62,290 nt of DNA from Candidatus Sungiibacteriota bacterium (GTDB lineage: Bacteria > Patescibacteriota > Minisyncoccia > Sungbacterales > JACQCQ01): NCBI GenBank assembly GCA_016201505.1, contig JACQCQ010000006.1:1-62290 (forward strand). Direction: 5' to 3'. Made by a program: the position numbers and the translations under genes. Under the pieces are notes generated by a model. The model made no database searches. It worked only from the letters and a program-made list of their open reading frames with translations, and was not told where the DNA came from. Below are positions 7,981-16,934 of the stretch, one piece after another. Numbering within the stretch: position 1 is the first letter of the stretch; each line of letters begins with the position of its first letter.

Positions 7981-8814
7981 TTAAGCTGCTTGGCACTTGA
8001 GACAAAAGTGAGCTGACCTTTGGGCGATAACTTGGCGCGTGATTTTTGTTTGGCACCTACGGCATGGTTCATTTTCGCGGCCGTAGGCGGCCCGCTGCAT
8101 CTGAAAGTAACCGCGTGAGCCGTCGGGACGGCGATAGTCTTTCGTGCTCGCGCCCCCAGCCTTTATGCCTTCTTTTAGTATATGCTGTAGAGCTTCATAT
8201 AATCGCCCCGCTTCAGCTCTTGTCAGCCTGTTTCCTTTTTTATTCGGGTTAATACGCGCAAGCCATAAGGCTTCATCGGCATAAATGTTACCGACCCCGG
8301 CAACGCAAGTCTGATCGAGCAACAACGTTTTTACCGCCCGATTTCGCTTAATCTGGCTTCTAAAGTACTCTTTGGTGCAAAGCGGAGAGAGAGCATCGTG
8401 CGCTAACTTCCGTTGACTGAAAAATTCATCTAATTTCTCTTTTGGGACGATCCAGAATCTGCCAAACTTCCGTACATCAGAAAATAAAAGTTTAGTTCCG
8501 TTCGTAAAATTAATTTCGGCGCGGATATATTTCCTTAATTCATAATTCTTAATTCCTGATTCTAGTAAAAAGTGCCCCGTCATCTTCATATGCGCCACGA
8601 GGACCCGGCCGGAACTCAAATAAAACAAAATATACTTGCCGCGCCGGCCAATGGATGTAATCGAGTCGCCTTGTAAAAGACTGCTGATTGACTTAAATAT
8701 TTTTCTAGATTCAAACAACTGATGCGTATCACTTTTGACAGCCAAAATTGCCGCACCCACGGCTGTCTTTCGCAAGGCGCGCACTACGGTTTCGACTTCA
8801 GGCAGTTCGGGCAT
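7981..8814 (-). CDS. mutM: formamidopyrimidine-DNA glycosylase
   Basis: MPELPEVETVVRAL N-terminus (catalytic P2/E3), H2TH region, and C-terminal zinc finger CRRCQTKI...HFCLKCQ. Confidence 0.93.
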   Translation of the reverse strand: MPELPEVETVVRALRKTAVGAAILAVKSDTHQLFESRKIFKSISSLLQGDSITSIGRRGKYILFYLSSGRVLVAHMKMTGHFLLESGIKNYELRKYIRAEINFTNGTKLLFSDVRKFGRFWIVPKEKLDEFFSQRKLAHDALSPLCTKEYFRSQIKRNRAVKTLLLDQTCVAGVGNIYADEALWLARINPNKKGNRLTRAEAGRLYEALQHILKEGIKAGGASTKDYRRPDGSRGYFQMQRAAYGRENEPCRRCQTKITRQVIAQRSAHFCLKCQAA

Positions 8815-8977
8815 AAAACTTGAATATAGAATTATGAATCAATAATTAGAAACTAAGGCGATGATGATACTGATTACCAGCCTGCTGATAGGCTTCTTTT
8901 TCATATCGATTTCTTGGGGGACTACCGAATTTAAATTTAATTCTATCTTTCATTTGCCATTTACTAATTGCTCTTTG

Positions 8978-11587
8978 CTATTTGCTAAGTGACTTCATCT
9001 CTCCCCAGTTTGGGCCAACCTTCACATCAACCACAATCGGAACGCCGATATCGTACACCCGTTCCATGATGCCTTTAACCCTTGGTGCAACTGTACTCAC
9101 TTTATCCGATTTTATTTCGCAGAGAATATCATCATGCACCTGCATCAAAATATGCGCCGTATCTTTCGGCAATGCTTTAAAATATTTATCCACGTTAATC
9201 ATGGCCAGCTTTACAATATCCCCTGTCGCCGTCCCCTGAATTGGCGCGTTCATGGCCATGCGCTCGGCCTCGGCGCGCAGTCGCCAATTGGGCGAGTTAA
9301 TTTCGGGGATATAGCGACGGCGCCCCAACATTGTCTCGACATAACCTTTGCGCCGGGCCTGATCGAGCGTTCGATTCATAAACTCGCGGATTTTAGGGAA
9401 ATTTTTAAAATATTCTTCCATGAAGCGCTTAGCATCAGCCAGCGGCACGCCGGCAGACTCGGAAAACGCCCGCGACCCCATGCCGTATAAAACTCCAAAA
9501 TTAAGTGCCTTGGCCGCGTATCTCATTTCGGGTGTTACTTCCGCCAAGGTGCTGACATGATTGACCTCCATCGCGGTGAGCGCATGAATATCGCGGCCTG
9601 CGATAAAAGCTTCTTTCATCTTTTCGTCTCCCGCCATCGCGGCCGCCACCCGCAACTCAATCTGTGAATAATCAAACGAAACAAGCTCGTATCCCTGGCC
9701 GGCGACAAATGCCCGGCGAATGATACGACCGAATTCGGTCCTGGTGGGGATATTCTGCAAATTGGGGTTGGACGATGAGAGTCGGCCGGTTGCGGCAATA
9801 GTCTGGCTGAAGGTTGTATGCAGGGCGCCATCTTCGCCGACAAGCTCCGGCAGGGCGTCAATATAAGTGCTTTTTAGTTTGGCAACTTCACGGTAGTCGA
9901 GAATAGCGGCAATGATTGGGTGTGTGTTTTTAATTTTCGCCAGCTCCGAGGCATCAGTCGAAATGGCGCCGCCTTCGGTTTTTCTTAACCCCTTCGGCTC
10001 GAGCTTTAAATCATCAAATAAAACCTCCGCGACTTGCTTAGGCGAGTTGATATTAAATTCGCGTCCCGCCAGTTTATAGATTTTTTTCTCATAATCGTTC
10101 AGGGTTTTGGCCGTTTCATTCGAGAGCGTTTTTAGAAACGCCGTATCAATTTTCATACCGCGTGCCTCGACTTCCGCCAAAATTGGCACCATTGGCATTT
10201 CAATTTCGCTAAACACCTTCCAGAGTTCACGTTCTTTTAAGCGTTCACAAAGCGCCTCGCGAATTTTAAATCCGTGCCGGAAGGCAACAATATCCGAGGC
10301 CGGAATCCCTGCTTCGCGCGCCGCGCGATCAATTGAATAAACCCGCTCGCCAGCCTTTAATAAATAGAGGGCAATCAAAATATCGAAATCGTCTGGGTAG
10401 CCGAAGAAAGACTGGCTGCGGCGCAGGATTTCTTTCTCGCCAAAAAAAGTGCGTTTTCGATCTTGCTCGACGAACGTTTTTAGTTTGTTTGGCGGAAATG
10501 ATTCCGGGATGCGAAACAAGCCGCTTTTTATAGCCAGATACGCATCCGGCTCGTGGATATAAAAACCGACTTCCTGTTCGCGCGAAAGATTCTCATCTCC
10601 GGCCAAATCGGCTACTTCTTTCGACTCAACTTTCACCTCAAACAGGCCACCGGCCTGTTTGATTTTTGCTTTTTCTTCTGATTGGATATAGCCGAGCCTG
10701 CGCATCAACGAAGTGAAGCCAAACTCGCGGAAAAGTTTGCCGACCTCGTCAATCCCATGCGGCCCGTGCCACTCGGCATCTTTTAATTTGAGCACAATCG
10801 GCACCTCACGATTGATCGTCGCAAGACTCTTCGAAAACAAAGCTTCTTCTTTTTCTTTTGCCAGTTTTTCTTTTATGCCCGCCGAAATTTTGGCTTTTGT
10901 TAGTGAGGTATACAATTTTTCGATGGTACCGTATTTTTTAAGCAAATCCGAGGCTGTTTTTTCGCCGATACCATGCACCCCGGGGATGTTATCCGATGGG
11001 TCTCCTCGTAATCCTTTAAAATCAGTTAACTGATCAGGTTTTAGCCCGTAGCGCTCGCGCACGGCTTTCTCATCATAGATTACGGTGTCGGTCATACCCT
11101 TGCGCATGGTATAGACGCGGACATTTTTTTGAATCAACTGGAGCGTGTCTAAATCGCCGGTTACAATCACCACTTCGATATTTTTTTCCTTGTGGGCAAC
11201 TTGGTCGGCGATGGTGCCGATAATGTCATCGGCTTCGAAACTTTCTTTTTCTAAAACTGGGATGCCGAAGGCCTTGGTAAGGCGCCTGACTCCAGCGAAT
11301 TGTCCGATCAACGCATCCGGCGCTTTGGGCCGCTGGGCTTTATAGCGCTCGTAGGCGATATGGCGAAATGTCGGCCCGGCCATATCAAAAGCCGCCGCCA
11401 GATAATCCGGCTTTAATTCATCCAGGATGCGGAGAAGTATGTTGGCAAAGCCATAGATCGCGCCGGTCGGCTCGCCCTTGGTGTTTGTGAGCGTCGGCAA
11501 GGCATGAAAGGCGCGATGAATGATCGCGTGCGCATCAAGCAAAACCAAAATCTTTTTTTTATTTTTTGCTGATTTTTTTGCCGGCAT
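8978..11587 (-). CDS. polA: DNA polymerase I
   Basis: 869 aa. 5'-nuclease domain (LLDAHAIIHRAFHAL, GDPSDNIPGV) and family A polymerase motifs (DYSQIELRV, RRAAKALNFGVLYGM, QVHDDIL). Confidence 0.97.
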   Translation of the reverse strand: MPAKKSAKNKKKILVLLDAHAIIHRAFHALPTLTNTKGEPTGAIYGFANILLRILDELKPDYLAAAFDMAGPTFRHIAYERYKAQRPKAPDALIGQFAGVRRLTKAFGIPVLEKESFEADDIIGTIADQVAHKEKNIEVVIVTGDLDTLQLIQKNVRVYTMRKGMTDTVIYDEKAVRERYGLKPDQLTDFKGLRGDPSDNIPGVHGIGEKTASDLLKKYGTIEKLYTSLTKAKISAGIKEKLAKEKEEALFSKSLATINREVPIVLKLKDAEWHGPHGIDEVGKLFREFGFTSLMRRLGYIQSEEKAKIKQAGGLFEVKVESKEVADLAGDENLSREQEVGFYIHEPDAYLAIKSGLFRIPESFPPNKLKTFVEQDRKRTFFGEKEILRRSQSFFGYPDDFDILIALYLLKAGERVYSIDRAAREAGIPASDIVAFRHGFKIREALCERLKERELWKVFSEIEMPMVPILAEVEARGMKIDTAFLKTLSNETAKTLNDYEKKIYKLAGREFNINSPKQVAEVLFDDLKLEPKGLRKTEGGAISTDASELAKIKNTHPIIAAILDYREVAKLKSTYIDALPELVGEDGALHTTFSQTIAATGRLSSSNPNLQNIPTRTEFGRIIRRAFVAGQGYELVSFDYSQIELRVAAAMAGDEKMKEAFIAGRDIHALTAMEVNHVSTLAEVTPEMRYAAKALNFGVLYGMGSRAFSESAGVPLADAKRFMEEYFKNFPKIREFMNRTLDQARRKGYVETMLGRRRYIPEINSPNWRLRAEAERMAMNAPIQGTATGDIVKLAMINVDKYFKALPKDTAHILMQVHDDILCEIKSDKVSTVAPRVKGIMERVYDIGVPIVVDVKVGPNWGEMKSLSK

Positions 11588-12038
11588 TGAGTAGTCTAGA
11601 AAATTCTAAAATCCGCTCCTGGCTTGATTTATGTGTAAATCGAATGGCGAGATCGGATTTCGGCAACCAACGCGCCATCCGGCTGGCCCATTCGATAACG
11701 ATTATATTTTGCTTTGCTGTCAGATAATCGCCGAGGCGCAGAGATTTAAAATCAGTTTTTGATTCCAGCCGATAGGCATCGACATGAATCATTTTGGCGT
11801 AGCCGGATCTCTCGATGTCGTACTCATGAATCAAGACGAAGGTCGGCGAGAGAACTTTTTGTGCAATACCGAAGGCCTTAGCTAGATGTTTGGTGAAAGT
11901 AGTTTTGCCGCCGCCCAACTCACCGTCTAAAAATAACAAAAAGGCTCTGTTTTTGGGTTGATGATTCTTGGCAAACTCGGCTACGTTTTTTGCGAGGCCT
12001 GCTAGATCTTTTTGACGCACAACCATCAATTCCCCCAT
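11559..12038 (-). CDS. tsaE: tRNA t6A37 biosynthesis ATPase TsaE
   Basis: LFLDGELGGGKTTFTKHLAKAFGI...VLSPTFVLIHEY is the TsaE/YjeE signature. The 3' end overlaps the polA start by 29 nt. Confidence 0.9.
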   Translation of the reverse strand: MGELMVVRQKDLAGLAKNVAEFAKNHQPKNRAFLLFLDGELGGGKTTFTKHLAKAFGIAQKVLSPTFVLIHEYDIERSGYAKMIHVDAYRLESKTDFKSLRLGDYLTAKQNIIVIEWASRMARWLPKSDLAIRFTHKSSQERILEFSRLLNAGKKISKK

Positions 12039-12063
12039 TTAGTACCCGCATCGTATCAGATCG

Positions 12064-12120
12064 CCTAAAAAGAAGAAGCCCGCACGCGCGACCGACAGAT
12101 GTCGGTTGCGTGCGGGCTTC
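12064..12120 (-). terminator. intrinsic terminator downstream of 12136..12957
   Basis: GAAGCCCGCACGC (12075-12087) pairs with GCGTGCGGGCTTC (12108-12120), with an inner ACCGAC/GTCGGT stem. On the minus strand TTCTTTTT follows. Confidence 0.7.
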
Positions 12121-12135
12121 GTGAACTCTGAGAGT

Positions 12136-12957
12136 TCACTGAAGTTCCCACTGACTGAGGCACTGTTCAGCCCTCAGCGGGGGAAAATACGGGTAGACAA
12201 CGTACTCCCACCCCTCGTCGAGATACCCGACGCGGCCGTAGCCGATACCTCTCGCGGGGTCGATACCAAAAGACTGCACTGTGCACCCGCGATAGAGATA
12301 GCCTCGCTGTGGAGCGATGAGCCAGGCTTCGGCCATCACTGAGTAACGATAGTTACGAATATCGGTGCCGAGGGGTGGTGTATTGAGGACTACGGGTTCA
12401 TAGAGCGAGCCTCTCCAGGGCCGGATGACCGGCGCCTCTTCCGGATTCGACTTCCAAGTTCCGCAGGTGGTTCGGGTCTGTATGTCGGTGCACTTTAACC
12501 TCCAGCGCATCCCAATCAACTCGCCCGACCATGGTAGAAAGGTGATGTGACCCTTCAACGGATCCTGCTGGGCGCGAATTGCTGGTAGCGTTGGAAGCGA
12601 GACGTAAACCGCGCCGCCACACGCCGACGTCAGCAGGCCAATGGAAAGAAGAATGAGGAGTGGCCAGTAGTAAGGCGTTGAGCTCCTCGGCCTTTCCTTC
12701 ATGCGAATGACCTCGTGCCACACGATAAGCCCGAAGGCGATCAGCGCGAGGATGCCATAGACCGTATAGCGGAACTGTGGATGAGCCTTTAGAAAATCGA
12801 AGGCCGTGAGGCCCAGGAACTCGGCGCTCTGGACGATGTCGGAAAATCCGACCCCTTCTTCGGCGGGAAGCACCCAGTTGAGGCCAACCACCGCGAGGAA
12901 CACCGAGAACACGATGAGAAACAGGCCGCTAAAAGTCAGCTTGGCTACTGTCCACAT
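12136..12957 (-). CDS. hypothetical membrane protein (273 aa), visibly G+C-richer than its neighbours
   Basis: ORF track. Three hydrophobic segments in the N-terminal half and a Trp/Tyr/Arg-rich C-terminal domain. Has its own terminator. No family recognised. Confidence 0.6.
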   Translation of the reverse strand: MWTVAKLTFSGLFLIVFSVFLAVVGLNWVLPAEEGVGFSDIVQSAEFLGLTAFDFLKAHPQFRYTVYGILALIAFGLIVWHEVIRMKERPRSSTPYYWPLLILLSIGLLTSACGGAVYVSLPTLPAIRAQQDPLKGHITFLPWSGELIGMRWRLKCTDIQTRTTCGTWKSNPEEAPVIRPWRGSLYEPVVLNTPPLGTDIRNYRYSVMAEAWLIAPQRGYLYRGCTVQSFGIDPARGIGYGRVGYLDEGWEYVVYPYFPPLRAEQCLSQWELQ

Positions 12958-13085
12958 TGATTATTTTCCTTTCAAAGGTCGATTTTTAGCTTGTTCAGTC
13001 TTATGCAAAATTATATACCATATAATACGAAGAGTCAATAGTCGGCGATTGACGAGAGGCTAAAAGTGCGCTACGTGTAAAGCCT

Positions 13086-14222
13086 ATGATTCCGGAAGAA
13101 TCGATCCGCGAGGCCCAAACATTGATTGGCACCTCAAACCAAATCCTGCTGGCCCTCCCCCAAGCGACCTCTCCCGATACTCTGGCCGCGGCCGAATTCC
13201 TGTTGCGGAGGTTCGCTTTGATGGGGAAATCGGTCCGCGTCTCGCCCTATGTTCCCCAAAGCCGCGAGTGGGACTTTTTACCGACCAAGTCCCTCGAGCG
13301 CCTCTCCAATCCGTCGGGTGACACGGTGATTGTTATTAACACCGAGTCTTCCGCCATCAACGAAATTCGCTATGAAAAAGACGAGGATGAGGTGCGCGTC
13401 ATTATTTCGCCAAAAAATGAACCCATCTCGGCTTCCAGTGTTTCGATTTTAGAAAGCGCGAAGGAAATGGATTTAATTATTACGATCGGCGCAGAAAAGC
13501 TTGAGGCTCTCGGCGATTTCTACCACACCAACCCGAATTTATTTTTTGAAACGCCGATTATTGCACTCGATCATAGACCGTCCAATGATCACCACGGAAA
13601 TGCCAATGTCATTGACCCCGAAGCGGTCTCGCTGACGGAAGTTGGCTTTGGATTGATTGATGCCATACGCCCGCACATATTTTTTTCAAAAGACGAAGCG
13701 ACCTTAATTCTGGCCGGCATCCTTTCAAAATCAAAGAATTTTTTAGATGGCGTCATTTCGCCGAAAACTCTATTCCTCTCCAAAGCCTGCGTCATCGAGG
13801 GTGCCCGGCGCAAGAATATTCTTTCCGCCATGGGCGGCGCGTCCGCCGCGCCGGATGCCGCACTCTGGGGACGCGCCGCCATTCGGTCGCGCTATATTTT
13901 CCCCGAGTCTATTTTTATGGCCTGTCTCGTGAAGAAGGATTTTTTGGAAGCCAAAGCCGACGCCAAAGAAATTATAAATGTCATGCATAAAATTGACCTG
14001 CATTTGATCGAACCCAAAACCATCGTGCTCTTCTGGCAGGAACCCGGATCAGTCAATGTGAATGCCATCATTGAAATACGAAACGGCGATCTGCCGCGGT
14101 TCACGAGTGGGCTCGATGGCAGCCGCCAAAACGGATTCACGCGGCTTGACGGTATGTTTTACACCTTCGCCGAAGCCGAAAGAGAAGTGCTTTCACGCCT
14201 TGGGCGCCGAAACAGCCGCTAA
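13086..14222 (+). CDS. DHH-family phosphoesterase-like protein (NrnA-like) with a degenerate DHH motif
   Basis: 378 aa. LDHRPSNDHHGNANVIDP resembles the IDHH-x-x-N...D segment of NrnA-type DHH/DHHA1 proteins, but with DHR in place of DHH. Overall size fits. Confidence 0.5.
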   Translation: MIPEESIREAQTLIGTSNQILLALPQATSPDTLAAAEFLLRRFALMGKSVRVSPYVPQSREWDFLPTKSLERLSNPSGDTVIVINTESSAINEIRYEKDEDEVRVIISPKNEPISASSVSILESAKEMDLIITIGAEKLEALGDFYHTNPNLFFETPIIALDHRPSNDHHGNANVIDPEAVSLTEVGFGLIDAIRPHIFFSKDEATLILAGILSKSKNFLDGVISPKTLFLSKACVIEGARRKNILSAMGGASAAPDAALWGRAAIRSRYIFPESIFMACLVKKDFLEAKADAKEIINVMHKIDLHLIEPKTIVLFWQEPGSVNVNAIIEIRNGDLPRFTSGLDGSRQNGFTRLDGMFYTFAEAEREVLSRLGRRNSR

Positions 14223-14262
14223 TCTAGTGGGGCCTTTAGCCATCTGTTAGTATGAAGACATC

Positions 14263-15921
14263 GTGGTGCTCCAATTTGAAGAATCAAAACAACTAAAAAA
14301 ACTCTCCCAGCTTCGCGCGCGCGAGGAGGAAGAGTCGGCCAGGCAAACAGCCGAGAAACTCGGCCTGCCCTATCTTGATTTATCCGCCATTCCCATAACC
14401 ACCGAGGCTTTAAAACTGATTCCGTTTGAGACCGCGCGAAGACTCGGAATGGCGGCGATTCAGCGTGTCGGATCGAAAGTCCAGGTAGCGTTAAAAAATC
14501 CGCATAACCCCCAAGTCCAGGCTGAACTAAAGCGTCTGGAAAATGAACGGACGGAGCCCCAGCTTTTTTTGGTTTCATCCAGGTCGCTTGAGAAAGCCTT
14601 TAAAATGTACGACGAAATCCCGAAGGACCTCTCCGGCATTATCGGCCAGATCGATGTTTCCGCCGCCCGGCTCGAGTCATTTCGAACCGAAATCGTCTCG
14701 CTTGAAATGTTGCGCCAAAAAATCGGCGACATGGGCCATTCGACTATTTCAAGTTTGCTTGAAGTTATTATCGGCGGGGCTTTGGCGACTGAGGCTTCTG
14801 ATGTCCACTGCGAGCCGCAGGAGTCCGGCGTCAGAATCCGCTATCGGCTCGACGGCATCTTAATGGATATCGCCGACATTTCCAAAGAAACCTATAAATT
14901 CTTGCTCGGCCGGATTAAATTAATTTCCGAGCTCACCTTAAACATCAGGGAAAAAGCGCAGGACGGCAGATTCACCATCAAAACGCCGGACGGCGAAATT
15001 GAGGTGCGGGTCTCGACACTGCCGGGGCCGTATGGCGAAAACCTGGTCATGCGGATTTTAAATCCGACAGCCATCGGCCTTTCGCTTTCCGATCTGGGCC
15101 TGCAGCCCTGGATGGAAAAACAAATTGAAGCCGAGCTCAAAAAACCAAACGGCATGATCATTACGACCGGCCCCACAGGCTCGGGGAAAACCACCTCACT
15201 CTACGCCTTTTTAAAAAAGGTCCACCAGCCGGGGGTCAAAATCATTACTTTAGAAGACCCGATCGAGTATCATCTGCCGGGAGTTGAGCAAACCCAGGTG
15301 GAGGCGCAAAAAGGCTATGATTTTGCCAGCGGCCTTCGGGCGATTTTGCGCCAAGACCCGGATGTAATTTTAGTTGGCGAGATCCGCGACCGTGAGACGG
15401 CCGAAACCGCCATGCACGCCTCACTGACCGGTCACTTGGTATTTTCCACACTCCACACAAATAACGCCGCCGGCACCATCCCGCGGCTCATCGATATGGA
15501 AGTCAAGCCGAATATTATTGCCCCGGCCATTAATGTGGCCATGGCGCAAAGACTCGTAAGACGACTTTGCAATGATTGCAAGAAGGTGGAGCCGGCAACA
15601 GCCGCCGAGCTCGCGGTGATTAAAAAAGATTTGGAAACGTTACCCACCAATATTGAAAAACAGAACATGGCGGAATTAAAAATCGCGCATCCCGCGGGAT
15701 GCCAGGAGTGCCACGGCACCGGCTATAAAGGCCGCATCGGCGTCTATGAGTTGATTTTAATTGATGATGAAATGGAGCGGCTGATTGCGAAACAACCCTC
15801 GGAGGCGGATGTCAAAGCCGCGGCCTCAGAGCAGGGGCAGATCACGATGAGACAGGACGGGATTTTAAAAGTGATTGCAGGCGTTACGGATTTGGCCGAG
15901 CTGGAGCGTGTCGTCGGTTAG
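14263..15921 (+). CDS. pilB: GspE/PilB-family type IV pilus or type II secretion assembly ATPase
   Basis: 552 aa. N-terminal T2SSE_N-like region (LGLPYLDLSAIPITTEALKLIP), Walker A TGPTGSGKTTSL, Asp/His boxes, and a tetracysteine motif (CNDCK...CQECHGTGY). Confidence 0.9.
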   Translation: MVLQFEESKQLKKLSQLRAREEEESARQTAEKLGLPYLDLSAIPITTEALKLIPFETARRLGMAAIQRVGSKVQVALKNPHNPQVQAELKRLENERTEPQLFLVSSRSLEKAFKMYDEIPKDLSGIIGQIDVSAARLESFRTEIVSLEMLRQKIGDMGHSTISSLLEVIIGGALATEASDVHCEPQESGVRIRYRLDGILMDIADISKETYKFLLGRIKLISELTLNIREKAQDGRFTIKTPDGEIEVRVSTLPGPYGENLVMRILNPTAIGLSLSDLGLQPWMEKQIEAELKKPNGMIITTGPTGSGKTTSLYAFLKKVHQPGVKIITLEDPIEYHLPGVEQTQVEAQKGYDFASGLRAILRQDPDVILVGEIRDRETAETAMHASLTGHLVFSTLHTNNAAGTIPRLIDMEVKPNIIAPAINVAMAQRLVRRLCNDCKKVEPATAAELAVIKKDLETLPTNIEKQNMAELKIAHPAGCQECHGTGYKGRIGVYELILIDDEMERLIAKQPSEADVKAAASEQGQITMRQDGILKVIAGVTDLAELERVVG

Positions 15922-15972
15922 AGCCAAAGCTAGCCCATCCGGCGCACCATCGCGCAAAATAGTACCTATAAA

Positions 15973-15989
15973 ACACGATCGTGTATGAT
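15973..15989. promoter_or_regulatory. 12-nt palindrome ACACGATCGTGT abutting the -10-like TATGAT of paralog P2; candidate operator
   Basis: ACACGATCGTGTATGATagatacATG. Palindrome at 15973-15984, TATGAT at 15984-15989, then 6 nt to ATG 15996. Confidence 0.5.
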
Positions 15990-15995
15990 AGATAC

Positions 15996-16556
15996 ATGAA
16001 AAAGGGGGAATTCGCAAAATTAATTTTAGCCCTCCTTGCTAGCAGCACAATCGGCATCGCTGCGGCGACTATTCCTGGCGCCGCTGGTATACTGAAGATT
16101 CTGTTCAAGAGAAAAAGTCACGCCAAAAGGCATGCGGACCTTGCTCGCGCGTTACATAGATTAAGAAAAAGAAGAATGGTTAAGTTTAAGACAAAAAATG
16201 GAAAAACTTATCTTCAGATAACCGAAAGCGGCAAGACATACTTAAAGCACTTTGAATTAGAGGACCTAACATTAAATATACCAGAACATTGGGACGGGGC
16301 ATGGAGTGTCATTCTCTTCGATATACCAGAAACAAAGCGGAACGGACGCGACTCGCTGCGGGTAAAATTGCGGGATCTCGACTGCTACCAGTTCCATAAA
16401 AGTGTCTTCGTGCATCCAGCGCCTTGCGAAAATGAGATTGATTTTATCACCGAACTATTCCGGCTACAGCCGTATGTAACCGTTTTCCGAACCAAGTCGC
16501 TCGGCCGACAAGAATACAGAGCCCGCAGGTATTTCAATAATAAACTAACTCTGTAA
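15996..16556 (+). CDS. wHTH + Cas2/PaaX-like domain protein with hydrophobic N-terminal segment (paralog P2)
   Basis: Start taken at ATG 15996 (MKKGEFAKL), in frame with track ORF 15981..16556. Sequence includes IGIAAATIPGAAGILK, RALHRLRKRRMVKF...ITESGKTYL, and WDGAWSVILFDIPETKRNGRDSLRVKLRDLDCYQFHKSVFVHP. Confidence 0.85.
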   Translation: MKKGEFAKLILALLASSTIGIAAATIPGAAGILKILFKRKSHAKRHADLARALHRLRKRRMVKFKTKNGKTYLQITESGKTYLKHFELEDLTLNIPEHWDGAWSVILFDIPETKRNGRDSLRVKLRDLDCYQFHKSVFVHPAPCENEIDFITELFRLQPYVTVFRTKSLGRQEYRARRYFNNKLTL

Positions 16557-16603
16557 CCGAATCTTTCCATGCTCACCGATGTCTCGTGAAATCCCGCAAG
16601 ACA

Positions 16604-16633
16604 CCCTATTTACCACGATCGTGGTAAATAGGG
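16604..16633. repeat. 30-nt perfect palindrome CCCTATTTACCACGATCGTGGTAAATAGGG downstream of P2
   Basis: Perfect self-complementarity. Its core CACGATCGTG matches the palindrome upstream of the same gene. Confidence 0.85.
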
Positions 16634-16684
16634 CAAGAGTATGAGTTGAAAGAAAATAGGGACGTCATTGTATTCCCGCAAAGC

Positions 16685-16720
16685 AAAATGCCGCCTGACG
16701 CGAGCGGCATTTTGTGTGTC
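16685..16720. terminator. bidirectional intrinsic terminator
   Basis: AAAATGCCGC (16685-16694) pairs with GCGGCATTTT (16704-16713). A T-run follows the stem on both strands. Confidence 0.65.
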
Positions 16721-16793
16721 GCGACGCAGTAAGAATCTGAGAGCTCTCATGGTTGCCCCCCATTCTTGCGCACGAGACTTTAGGTGCGTGGGA

Positions 16794-16934
16794 TTACTTG
16801 TGCTGGCAAACGATCGGACCGTGACCGAACCCGAAGCAACGCGGGAAGTTGGGGTTCGGGTCAAGAAGCGCGATCATTGCGATGGGACCGAGACACGATC
16901 CTAAGAGCAACGCGACTCCTAAAAGTATCCTCAT
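16794..16934 (-). CDS. possible 46-aa secreted or lipo-peptide with a strong Shine-Dalgarno
   Basis: The minus strand reads cagaGAGGAGGccaagATG, giving MRILLGVALLLGSCLGPIAMIALLDPNPNFPRCFGFGHGPIVCQHK then TAA. The terminator at 16685-16720 follows. Caveat: the coding region itself contains a long hairpin and lies in an island that otherwise looks non-coding. Confidence 0.3.
   Translation of the reverse strand: MRILLGVALLLGSCLGPIAMIALLDPNPNFPRCFGFGHGPIVCQHK

Noticed and set aside
7946-8977. GCAAATAG-word sequences on both sides of mutM in inverted orientation, as a gene cassette like the four-helix-bundle one
   Set aside because: The arms share only short words (GCAAATAG) and I could not find an extended complementary stem. 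This was noted as part of the general word-like intergenic style rather than as a defined element.
8861-8992. 43-aa hydrophobic plus-strand ORF (MMILITSLLIGFFFISISWG...) in the polA-mutM intergenic region
   Set aside because: It lies on the opposite strand to both neighbours, overlaps the polA 3' end, and is partly encoded by word-repeat DNA. Evidence is insufficient.
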